A stretch of DNA of 64,000 bases from Phoronis australis (Eukaryota; Animalia; Phoronida). The stretch's first letter is position 1. Each line of letters opens with the position of its first letter. Shown one piece after another: positions 39,569 to 49,989 of this stretch. Position numbers and translations under genes: made by a program. The notes beneath the pieces were generated by a model that saw nothing but the letters and a program-made list of their open reading frames with translations, was not told the origin of the DNA and did not search any database. The stretch covers positions 372,001 through 436,000 of the forward strand of contig NMRA01000233.1 of assembly GCA_002633005.1 (NCBI GenBank). Reading direction: 5' to 3'.

Positions 39569-39890
39569 CACGTTTCTTTGCTTCCTGCCTGCCGAACGCA
39601 AACACACTAAGCACAGCATCTGACTTCAGCCTCGGTTGCTTTTTCTGCCCTGGCATGAGCTGTTTGGCAAGCCGGAATTCGTCAGTGAAATCACTGTCCA
39701 CGAAATGCCGGCCACAGACACGCAGATGTTTCACGGCCTCATACTTGGTATGAACTCCGTACTTGTCATTTTTCACTGCCGCGAGCCACTTCAGAAGCAT
39801 TTCGGGCTCTCGAGGAAATCGAAAAAACGATGTACCCGCTTTCCTCGCCGCTTCATAGTTCGAACAGGCAGGAACGACACACCACACCAT
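39531..39890 (-). CDS. THAP-domain-only ORF (119 aa) in Kolobok copy 2
   Basis: gccATGG start; C-x4-C (CVVPAC), FFRFP, W, RVCGRHF, LKSDAVLSVF (AVP-box variant); the stop is supplied by the antisense KolX fragment. Confidence 0.65.
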   Translation of the reverse strand: MVWCVVPACSNYEAARKAGTSFFRFPREPEMLLKWLAAVKNDKYGVHTKYEAVKHLRVCGRHFVDSDFTDEFRLAKQLMPGQKKQPRLKSDAVLSVFAFGRQEAKKRGSVVSIMVQLAH

Positions 39891-40908
39891 GGCGGAATTC
39901 ACTCTGCATACGAACCACTGACGTCGCTGCGGACTTTCTCACCTTCCTCGAAGGCTAACGGGACACCTCTCGGCAGGGTAAGGTCGACCGTGTACGAGCC
40001 GATGTGGCCCCAGACCGATTAAGACGGTAAAAAAGACTAATTAAATCGGGTGGCATTAGCCTTTAAGAGCAGTGTTGAATGATAATTATTGGGGCTTGAA
40101 ACTATGGCAACGCAACGCTCTCGTGTTTCATCGTAGCACTGATTCATGTGTTTCCACTGAAAGTCCCGAAACATTAACCCTCAAGTTCGTATGATTTGAG
40201 AAAGACACTGTCTAAAACTAATCATTTTGAAGTGTGTGCATGTTGTAAAATTTTCAAGAACTGCATCTCCAACGAAAGTGCCCGGGTCCCCCAAAAAGCA
40301 TAAATTCGGCACTGCGTAGACGCAAGGAAGCAGTGATAGTTGGCATTGACGGGTTGACTATCCAGGCATTAATGATTATTTCTTGGGGCAACAATTCTTC
40401 TCTAATGAGCTTATGATCAAAATCCCGCAGTGATAATCATGGAAGTCACCCCTAGTAGCCCATGCCAACTGCCGGCTGGGATCACTAATGTTAAACGAGA
40501 TCTTCAATCAATTACAAAGCGATGACGCTTCGGCTTTTAAAACTATAACTATACCATTTCGTTGCACTTAACGTATTATTAAACTCTGGTTCAGTCGATG
40601 AAGGCATAGCATGGTTTACACGGCAAAAGTGATCACTATGGAATTTGTTCATCGAAACTGTTGGGAAGCCAATGGGAATATGATTAAGGCCGTACAGGGG
40701 AAGGTGGAAGTGGCGTTTACACAGGCGTGGAACTTATTAAAGACGAATATTTGGCTTTTGCAAAGAAGCAATGAGCTGAAGTTAGGCAAAGCTGCATAAA
40801 AAGTGACAATCCAAATTAAAAAAAAAAAACATTTCAAAAAGACCTGGAGCTTCAAACATAGCAAAGTGTATTGAATTGAGTCGTGAAGCTGTGAAAAGAA
40901 GAATATAA

Positions 40909-42000
40909 ATGAGGTTGAATTTTTTTCCGGGAGAGAACATCCCAGACCGATGGGTCTTGACAAATGATTCAATTCTGGAACGTTCGATAATTACTTGCAC
41001 TATTACTCAGTCTCCTGGGAAAATGGCTGTGGCGGTACTGTGCGTAATGGCGCTGGTCTTTAATTTGAAGTTACTCATAATACTACCATTCACGAAAGAG
41101 AGGACGAAGAGAGTGCTTATTTACCAGTTCATAAGTCTGTTTGCTGCCCACTTTTGTTACGCGGCCACGTTGCTGGTTTCCCTATTTTGGGTGTCGACTT
41201 GCAATCCAATTAGAACGGAAATTCATTTTAGTTATGTATTTCAATTTGATCCTTTTGACTACATTGTGTTTTTCGGAATGTTGGACATATCCTGTAACGT
41301 TCACATGTTTTCGACAGTTACGCTTACTTTGGATAGATTTCTTGCCGTAAGAAAACCACTGCGCTACAAGACGATCGTAACAGTGAAGCGAATTCGAGTG
41401 TGCGTGTTGTTGAATTGGGCTGTGTCCATTGTTTTATCCCTTACGAAACATTTGTGGATTGTGCAAGACGATTTTCATAGATTTAACAAGTCAGCAATGA
41501 CCTTAGCTTTTTCAATATTTAAAGTATGTCTCTTCATTAGCATTCTTATTTTCCTGCTGTCAGTATATGTTTATATTTTTGTTAAGATTCGAAAACAAAG
41601 ACAACTTATTCAAAGTAGATCAACATCAAAGAACTTGCTCAAATGCACAATTACAGCTTTCATGATAGTTTCGTCGTTCACCGTCTCATGGGTGCCATAT
41701 TGTGTCGCCATGGTGCTTACATTTTCTCCAGTTGACACAAATACAACAGAATCTGTCTTACTTTTTAGTCAGATGAATTCATTATTAGCTCCGATCAAAA
41801 GTTTATTAGATCCGATGGTTTACGTATTAGGAAACTCGGCAGTTAGAAAGTTAGTTCTGGAAACCTTGCGTCGTAGAACACCTTATTTCACCTTTTCGCC
41901 ACCTGTGGCAGAAAGAAGAAAGGAACAGCAGGCTATTCCTCATGTTTTTATTGTTGAGAGCAATAATGAGCATGGTTCCACAATGAGCACACAGTTATGA
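40909..42000 (+). CDS. Intronless class A GPCR, tandem paralog of 35730-36818
   Basis: 363-aa ORF with 7 TM; DRF + AVRKPLRYKTIVT, VSWVPY, KSLLDPMVY; colinear similarity to the upstream GPCR. Confidence 0.93.
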   Translation: MRLNFFPGENIPDRWVLTNDSILERSIITCTITQSPGKMAVAVLCVMALVFNLKLLIILPFTKERTKRVLIYQFISLFAAHFCYAATLLVSLFWVSTCNPIRTEIHFSYVFQFDPFDYIVFFGMLDISCNVHMFSTVTLTLDRFLAVRKPLRYKTIVTVKRIRVCVLLNWAVSIVLSLTKHLWIVQDDFHRFNKSAMTLAFSIFKVCLFISILIFLLSVYVYIFVKIRKQRQLIQSRSTSKNLLKCTITAFMIVSSFTVSWVPYCVAMVLTFSPVDTNTTESVLLFSQMNSLLAPIKSLLDPMVYVLGNSAVRKLVLETLRRRTPYFTFSPPVAERRKEQQAIPHVFIVESNNEHGSTMSTQL

Positions 42001-43193
42001 TTATGTATTTTTAATATTGACCAACACTTAAGCCAACGAGCTAATGGATTTAGACCATTTATAGAAGTGGATACCATGATTCACTGAATTATGTGGACGT
42101 TGAGTCCCATGTTAGACTTGCAGATTTCCACGGGCAGAGCGTTTTGAAACCAGAACAAAGACACCTGGGGCGGAAAAGGTGGCGACCGAAGGGGTGGTAT
42201 GGGTGGTGATCGGGGGGAAATACATGACGATCGGTGGGAATGACTGGCGATTAGAAGTGGGCGGAATGGAGTGGCAGTTGTTCCTCGTCACGAGATGCCT
42301 CAGACCTGATCAAACGTCCGGACCTCAAAAATGTAGATACATCCCTGCTCTGTGTGTTGCAACAACTACCAACGATTTTAAACAAGGGGTGAGCCACATA
42401 AAGCCTCAAAAGTCGCAATCACGGAGTTGTAGAAAGTCCACAAGTTGTTGCAAACGTTTCGCCACCTAAATACAAGAGTGACCAGCTGCAGTAATTACAG
42501 TATCTAGGGTGTTACAAATAGTTACTATACTAACGGACAGTTAGCTTAAATTATAACACAACGGCTGTGAAAAGTGCGACACTGTAATTTTACGAGTATT
42601 GCTGTAATTATGCGTGGTATTAAGTTCACTGAACTGATCCATTCACGCCTCATTGTAACCCTGACCTTGTGTACACAAATATGTAGACATGTGATTGGTT
42701 ATCTACGCTGTGTATTGTCCAATGATCATTCAGTTAATGAACGCTTTTGTCTCTGTAAAACATGGTGACTTGCTGCCAAAAATCTGTCTATTTACTATTT
42801 TCTTGCAATCCAGCATGGGTGACAAACATAAACTTCAAATCTATGTCAAATGCAGGTCCGTAGCCAGCATTGCGAGTAGGGGTGGTTCGAATTTCTAGAA
42901 AGGTAGACCTTTGATATTTTGCAAACGTCGACACTACAGCCGATTTCATAAGGGTGGTTTAAAGTTAAACCTGGTTTAAACTGGAATTAGACCAGGTTTA
43001 AAGATAATCTGCATATCATAAAGGTGGTTTAACTTTTAGACCAGTGGTCTAGTAAAACCTGGTTTAACTCCAGTTTAGACCTGGTCTAAGTCAGTTTTCA
43101 TTTCACCAATTAGGTCTATATTCTTTAGACCTGTATTAAGATCTTAAACCATGTTTAACTTTAGACTTGGTCATATCCAGGTTTAACTGTTAA

Positions 43194-43508
43194 AGGCGAA
43201 GGCAACCTTTTTCCATGTCATTTTGAGCTAAAATAAGGTTGGTTGGTTATCCTAGACATATTTTCCACTTAATTACAGCTTTTCGTAATTTTATTAATTA
43301 CTCGTCCGCTACTCCGGAAGTGACGTTTTAGGAGGCAAGCATTTCGCGCAATTTCTTTTCATATAGTCCGACTGTGAGAGCTGCCGAGTCGGTCATTGTT
43401 CTACCTCGGTTGTGTTAAGTTCCGTCGTCGTTTGCTTTCATTTACTTGTCAGTCAACATGCCACACTGTTGCTGCGTACCGGAATGTACTAATTATCGGC
43501 TCACGCGC
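43194..43508 (+). mobile_element. Left end of a third THAP-bearing Kolobok-type element inserted at a TTAA inside a MITE; remainder in N gap
   Basis: TTAA|AGGCGAAGGCAACC start; THAP start MPHCCCVPECTNYRL at 43458; the sister host copy shows the empty site gtttaactgTTAAatatgtc near 46000. Confidence 0.72.
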
Positions 43509-44179
43509 NNNNNNNNNNNNNNNNNNNNNNNNNNNNNNNNNNNNNNNNNNNNNNNNNNNNNNNNNNNNNNNNNNNNNNNNNNNNNNNNNNNNNNNNNNNN
43601 NNNNNNNNNNNNNNNNNNNNNNNNNNNNNNNNNNNNNNNNNNNNNNNNNNNNNNNNNNNNNNNNNNNNNNNNNNNNNNNNNNNNNNNNNNNNNNNNNNNN
43701 NNNNNNNNNNNNNNNNNNNNNNNNNNNNNNNNNNNNNNNNNNNNNNNNNNNNNNNNNNNNNNNNNNNNNNNNNNNNNNNNNNNNNNNNNNNNNNNNNNNN
43801 NNNNNNNNNNNNNNNNNNNNNNNNNNNNNNNNNNNNNNNNNNNNNNNNNNNNNNNNNNNNNNNNNNNNNNNNNNNNNNNNNNNNNNNNNNNNNNNNNNNN
43901 NNNNNNNNNNNNNNNNNNNNNNNNNNNNNNNNNNNNNNNNNNNNNNNNNNNNNNNNNNNNNNNNNNNNNNNNNNNNNNNNNNNNNNNNNNNNNNNNNNNN
44001 NNNNNNNNNNNNNNNNNNNNNNNNNNNNNNNNNNNNNNNNNNNNNNNNNNNNNNNNNNNNNNNNNNNNNNNNNNNNNNNNNNNNNNNNNNNNNNNNNNNN
44101 NNNNNNNNNNNNNNNNNNNNNNNNNNNNNNNNNNNNNNNNNNNNNNNNNNNNNNNNNNNNNNNNNNNNNNNNNNNNNNN
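43509..44179. other. Assembly gap (N run); second gap at 38994-39145
   Basis: N characters; both gaps fall inside Kolobok-type elements. Confidence 0.99.
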
Positions 44180-44273
44180 AATGATGCCGCGGAGAGCATT
44201 TGCAACGCAATTTTAGATCGAAAATGGACTATTTTCAATATTCAGTTTTACTATGACACAAGATCAAACGTAG

Positions 44274-44431
44274 CAGGGGCGGATCCAGGATTGTTTAAAG
44301 GGGGGGAGGACGGACAAGGACTTTTTGAAAGGGGGGCAAGTCAACAACTTGAAAATTATAGATATGGTATCGCTAAAATCAAGGGAAAAAAGGGGGCTCC
44401 GGACCCCTTGACCCCCGTGGAACCGCCTAAG
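44274..44431. mobile_element. Short hAT-like MITE nested in copy A (also present in copy B, ~46130-46283)
   Basis: CAGGGGCGGATCC ... GGAACCGCCTAAG, flanked by CGTAG on both sides (5-bp TSD). Confidence 0.65.
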
Positions 44432-45749
44432 CGTAGACCAGTACTTGCTGGAGAGTGTCCTGCGGATTTCTCAGAATACGACTGATCGAGCAGGGCGTCA
44501 TCGTCGTAAGCGCTACGGATTTGACTAAAAACAGCATCTTCTGATTCTTCTGAGTTCCACCTCCACTGTTCTCCGATGTTGCCAGGAAGGGGTCTTGCCC
44601 CCCCCCCCCTCTTTGACCGCGGAAAATAAACACTAAAATGACAAGGAAAGAAATTTGGGCATGTAACATGTTACACCTAATCGGGAGCATGTTCTTTAAT
44701 GTGCGTGTGTTGGTCACAGAAATTACAGTTTTCCTCATGAGAAAAGCTTTTAGATGTTTTTCGTAAATGTCTGCACTGATTCTACTCGTTTACGCCATTG
44801 TATGCCCACGTGATCAAGGTTTCATTGAAGCACTTCAATAGCTTCTTTGTTGGGTTTACCCAGCTCAACACAGTGGGGTGCCTTTGATACTTTAAACCTG
44901 GTTTTACTGAACCAGCTCCCTGGTCTAGCAAAACCAGGCTTTCAGACTCTTAAACCATGTTGGTGAAACGCAAGTCAGGTCTAAAATTAGATCAGGTTTA
45001 GGAAGGCCAGGTTTAAGTCTACAACCTGGTTTTGTTAAACCACCTTTATGAAATCGGCTGTAGAGTTTTCGGTAAGGCCCTTGAAGCAGCTTAATTATGG
45101 GGAATGGAAATCTGTATCCACGCCAACGATGGCTCTCAGCTCTATGTTGTTGAGATAAGACGGAATTCGTAATACCAAAAATGAGGATGCCGTGCACGGT
45201 TGCTCGCAAAGAACGGTACTCAAATTCGGCAGTAATGTGGTCCACAAATGGAACGTTCTCGCGTTAGCTCCTGCTAAATTTTCAAAATTAGGCTTTTTTA
45301 GATGTGTGGTTAAACCTCATTACATACTCTGAAGGAAACATTTAGTCGGAGAATGACTTGACGTAATTTTTCATGTGATTGTATTTTTGTTACTTACGTT
45401 AAATAAATCACATCGTTTGAATTTCGTGTGCATGCGAAATTGTCCGCATGTCTTACAAGCACTGAAAATGAGTAAGTACTTGCATTTCTAAAAGAATATG
45501 AAGTAGGAATATTGATGAGTTACCAACCACGATACATTCATCAAATCCATGTCAAGTTCGCATTCGGATTGGCGAAAGAGTTCCATGACCCTCGAGTAGT
45601 AGGTGGTTGTGCCCTCACCAGAATTCGAGGACTACTGTCTGACGTTACAGAATAGTTTTCTGACTTCTCTGAAGAAGGTTGAATCATACAAATCGTCGTA
45701 GAATTGTTTATTTGGAGTGAAAGGTCTTCACTTATTTGGGCCTCAATAA

Positions 45750-46901
45750 CATCCGATTTCATAAAGGTGGTTTAAAGTTAAACCTGGTTTAAACTGGACT
45801 TAGACCAGGTTTAAAGATAATCTGCATTTCATAAAGGTGGTTTAACTTTTAGACCTGTAGTCTAGTAAAACCTGGTTTAACTCCAGTTTAGACCAGGTCT
45901 AAGTTTTCATTTCACCAAGGAGGTCTTTATTCTTTAGGCCTGTATTAAGATCTTAAACCATGTTTAACTTTAGACTTAGTCAGACCCAGGTTTAACTGTT
46001 AAATATGTCAGACTTGCATGGTATAGGTACAACTGAATGATTACGCGGAGAGCATTTGCAACGCAGTTTTAGAGCAAAAATGGACTATTTTCAATATTCA
46101 GTTTTACTATGACACAAGATCAAACATAGCAGAGGAGGATCCAGGATTTTTAAAGGGGGGACGGTCAAGGACTTTTTGAAAGGGGGGGCAAGTCAACAAC
46201 TTGAAAATTATAGATTTGGTATCACTAAAATCAAGGGAAAAAAGGGGGCTCCGGACCCCTTTACCCCCGTGGATCCGCCTATGCGTAAACCAGTACAGGC
46301 TTGCTGGAGTGTGTCCTGCGGATTTCTCAGAATACGACTGGTCGAGCAAGGCGTCATCGTCGTAAGCGCTACGGATTTGACTTAAGACAACATCTTCTGA
46401 TTTTTCTGACTGAGTTCCACCTCCACTGTTCTCCGATATAATGTTGCCAGGAAAGGGTTTTGCCCCCCCCCCCCTTTGGCAGCTGAAAATAAACACTAAA
46501 ATGACAAGGAAATAAATTTGGGCATTTAACATGTTACATCTAATAGGGATCGTGTTCTTTAATCTGTGTGTGTTGGTCACAGAAATTACAGTTTTCCTCA
46601 TGAGAAAAGCACTGATTCTACTAGTGTATGCCATTGTATACCCACGTGATCAAGGTTTCATTGAAGCACTTCAATAGCTTCTTTGTTGGGTTTACCCAGC
46701 TCAACACAGTGGGGTGCCTTTGATACTTTAAACCTGGTTTTACTAAACCAGTTCCCTGGTCTAGCAAAACCAGGCTTTCAGACTCTTAAACCATGTTGGT
46801 GAAATGCAAGTCAAGTCTAAAATTAGACCAGGTGTAGGAAAACCAAGTTTAAGTCTAAAACCTGGTTTTGTCAAACCACCTTTATGAATTAAAATCGGCT
46901 G
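45750..46901. mobile_element. Non-autonomous TIR element, copy B (same family and orientation as copy A)
   Basis: CATCCGATTTCATAAAGGTGGTTTAA ... AAACCACCTTTATGAATTAAAATCGGCTG|ta; colinear with copy A apart from the Kolobok insertion. Confidence 0.85.
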
Positions 46902-48149
46902 TAAGAGTTTTGGCATAAGCACTAGACCAAATAAATACATTGTTGAGTTCCACAGCGTCAAGTCGGCTCGCCAGCACTCCATCTAGGGTGTGCTATACCT
47001 GGTTTAGCCACCATTTCAATTGGGAATAAGGAGATTTTAATCTCCACTCCAAGAAAGTAGCCTGGGGGAGGGGTTCGGGGGTTCAGTCGAACTCGCCCCA
47101 GCGGAAATGGTCCAGCCTTAGCCTATCCGTGACGATAAGATATAGGTGATCCACAACAAAATTGTTGCAGCTACTAGTAGTCCTAACCACAATCATAACC
47201 AAGTTAATATTCATTTTGAATTTGCTTCCAATTCAAAGCTTTTCACATAATCATTGAGCCTTATCCGGCCCGAGCGGTGTTTGCGTATATGACAGGATCG
47301 ACAGACGATTACAGGGGGCTTTATGTTATTCGTCGGCATTGAACGCGCGTGGTCGCTATACCAAAGGGTAACAAGGGAGCCTAGAAGTGAATGTCTATAC
47401 CTAGCCAAACTATATAGCAGCGAGGGAGCTACCAAAAATAGTGCACTGTGAATGCCTTAAAATCGACCAAGAAACAAAACAGCTGAAAATAGGTATCTAC
47501 TACTATAGTTGTACTTGCTAACTGTAAAAAAATGGATAATTGTGAACATAGTCTGTTACGTTGCCGGCGTCAGTGTTCAGCGACTGTTGCCTGTACATTT
47601 ATGTGCAAATGAACTGCTGTGTTGACCGGGCGCATTCAAATGTTCGACCTGTGTGCGGCAGTCGAGAGCCAGCCGTGACACAGTGTAGACGTGTTAGAAG
47701 CTGTTCACAGAAAGTGGAACGTTTGTGTCTACAGTAGACTTGGGACATTCAGCGGACAAAGATGATGGGGTCGGATGCTGACCACAAAAGACTGTCCACG
47801 GACTGTGTGAAATAAGATTGACACTTGACTCAGTAATATTAGTTTGGGATGCCACGTGGAGAGTGGTCTACCCAGTGACGAAACTTGTTGGTGTAAATAT
47901 TCGTTTTTCAATGTTTCATTAAATATTATTTCTTTTAAACTTAATATTTCTATTAGATTGTCTCATTAAAGTCACATCGTGACACTAGCATAGTATGGAT
48001 AAAGTGCAGGCATTTTCAAATTTCGAATTGAAAGTGATCGTCAAATATATGTATGTTGCTCATTCAATGTCCACTTTGATTGTGAATTGGTTGATTGACA
48101 TGCATGCGTGTACACGTGTGGTGTACACGTATGTGCGTTTCCGTTGTTT

Positions 48150-48466
48150 TAAATTCAGTACACGTCGCTACAACTACGTGCCAAACCAACTAGTGCAGGC
48201 TTTGTATTTTGGTCGCCCTTACATGGAAATGACGCATCCAGGGAAGACAAAAAATGTGATCTTTATTCAAAAATGTTTGAAATTCACGACAGGTGTTTTG
48301 ACGAAATGTACTGCCAAAAATCACATGCAGAATTTAAAGAACATACTTGCACCCACTTTGGAGTTATTAAACCTCGAAGTTGGTCGGAAGAAGAGTAAGA
48401 ATAAGAATAAAATTGAAGAAAACCGAGGAACAACAGTACTCTGCGCTTGCACGCGCAGAGTAATAA
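48150..48466. mobile_element. Possible Helentron/HINE-like or Crypton-like non-autonomous element end
   Basis: Perfect 10-bp stem-loop TACTCTGCGC-ttgcac-GCGCAGAGTA (48437-48462) preceded by an AAGAAT simple repeat. Confidence 0.35.
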
Positions 48467-49759
48467 ATGAACAACAACTAAAATTAGCATAACAATAAAC
48501 GTAACGTTACTAACGTCCCGTCACATACATTTTGAATTATTGTCATTCTTAACTAAAATGTTGTCTTCTTATAAATATCTGATTGTAAGTCATAAAACTC
48601 ACAAACTGATTGAAGTTTATGGATTCATTCTCCAGATATCGTGTTCCAAAGTTTTGAACTTGTACTCAAACAGCAATCGCTGAAAACCCCAATTTCGTGT
48701 CGACCACTCACAGTTTTGTTCACCCAAAATCTAGCAAAATGGAAAGAAGTAACTGGGGTTGTTTAACACTGAAAGTGTGTTTATCTTATTTTAACACTGA
48801 AACTTGAAGGGCGTTGTTCCATATAGGGGACGTAATTGTCAGCAGATCACCTTCGAGTTTGTCACGAAATATCTTGTATGAAACTGCACAGAAATCAGTG
48901 AGAATTGTCTGACGAAATATCAGGACATGGGTAAGATTTGCAGCAGTTGTATGAAGCATTGTTGGAATCATCGCGGGTTTTCTAATTCAGACCATCCCGC
49001 GTTCGGACGGCGAACTCAGTCACTTGCTGGCCTTCGGTCGCATCGGGAATTCTCTTTGATTGCATCGGGGAGCCTCGCATACTGTCGGCCGCGCTTACAC
49101 ACGAGATTCATTTTGCATTCTATCACATATTTTCCTTCACATTCTGTCTTTTGTCGCTGCATCGCAATGAATACAAATTGCAGAACTTTGAAAAGATACA
49201 ATAGTCTGCTGTTTCCCTCGGCTTTGCTTTGTGGGAACGATTTGGCGCGAAATTCGATTTAATTGACAGGTTGCACTTTTTTAAAAGTGCTTAAAAGCAA
49301 ACTGTGCGTGTTAGTGACAGTCTTTCCAAAAGAGACGTTTTTCACTAGAATGCAGCAATTGCTTGTACGAAAATCACTTAATTTGAAACGTTCACATATT
49401 TTTCTCCATGCGCAGTTGCATTTTAATTATATTCGTGAAATAAGAAGGAAGAAACTCGACGTAAGAGCTCTATGTATTTGAACACTCGAATTTCATTGAA
49501 ACGGTTCATCACGTTGAAACATTGCGGATAGGAATTTCTGGAAGCATGATGAGTTAAAAGAATTTGTTTGACGTTCACAATAGCCATTTCCAATGTGATC
49601 ACTAGATGGCGTTGGTCTGGCTGTTAGCCGACCTCAGGCACATTGTAGCCTCCCTCGTACCTAGAGGCTGACGGCACAGATATGAAAATTCAAGACAATG
49701 ACTAACGGTCTAGATATTGGAACAACAGCTTCTGTTGACTGAACTGAATACGCACATGT

Positions 49760-49989
49760 CATGAGCGCACCCAGCGGGGCTCGAACGAGCCTCCTATTGG
49801 CAAAAAGGTCCGCCGCAGAGAAACAAAAAAGGTCCCAGAAAAAGAGACAAAAGTCCATTAAAAAGACTCAGACGCACGGTTCTGAAGGTGGTACCCCATT
49901 TTTTTTAGTCCTCCCGATGCTTTGTCAGCAAAAGGTCCACATCGACAGAAATTCGAGCCCCCCCAGTTTGAAGGCTGGGTGCTCGCATG
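49760..49989. mobile_element. hAT-like MITE with 5-bp TSD
   Basis: CATGT|CATGAGCGCACCCAGC ... GCTGGGTGCTCGCATG|CATGT; related copies at 23494-23729 and ~89-351. Confidence 0.75.

Larger units (their letters stand above)
38693..40062 (-). mobile_element. Non-autonomous Kolobok-type DNA transposon (copy 2, inverted relative to copy 1; contains N gap 38994-39145)
   Basis: TTAA|AAGAGCATGCCACCC ... GGGTGGCATTAGCCT|TTAA; colinear in reverse with copy 1 at both ends; different internal deletion. Confidence 0.85.
42937..45060. mobile_element. Non-autonomous TIR element, copy A (TA-flanked; superfamily uncertain)
   Basis: ta|CAGCCGATTTCATAAGGGTGGTTTAA ... TTAAACCACCTTTATGAAATCGGCTG|ta; many subterminal AAACCWGGTTT-like near-palindromes. 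Confidence 0.85.

Noticed and set aside
39337-39753. Host P2X7 receptor gene
   Set aside because: No P2X channel domains; the fragment lies within TIR/TTAA-bounded transposon sequence and its 3' part is antisense THAP
43396-44238. Long ORFs of 245-262 aa
   Set aside because: Artefacts of the N gap; only the 17-codon THAP start is real sequence
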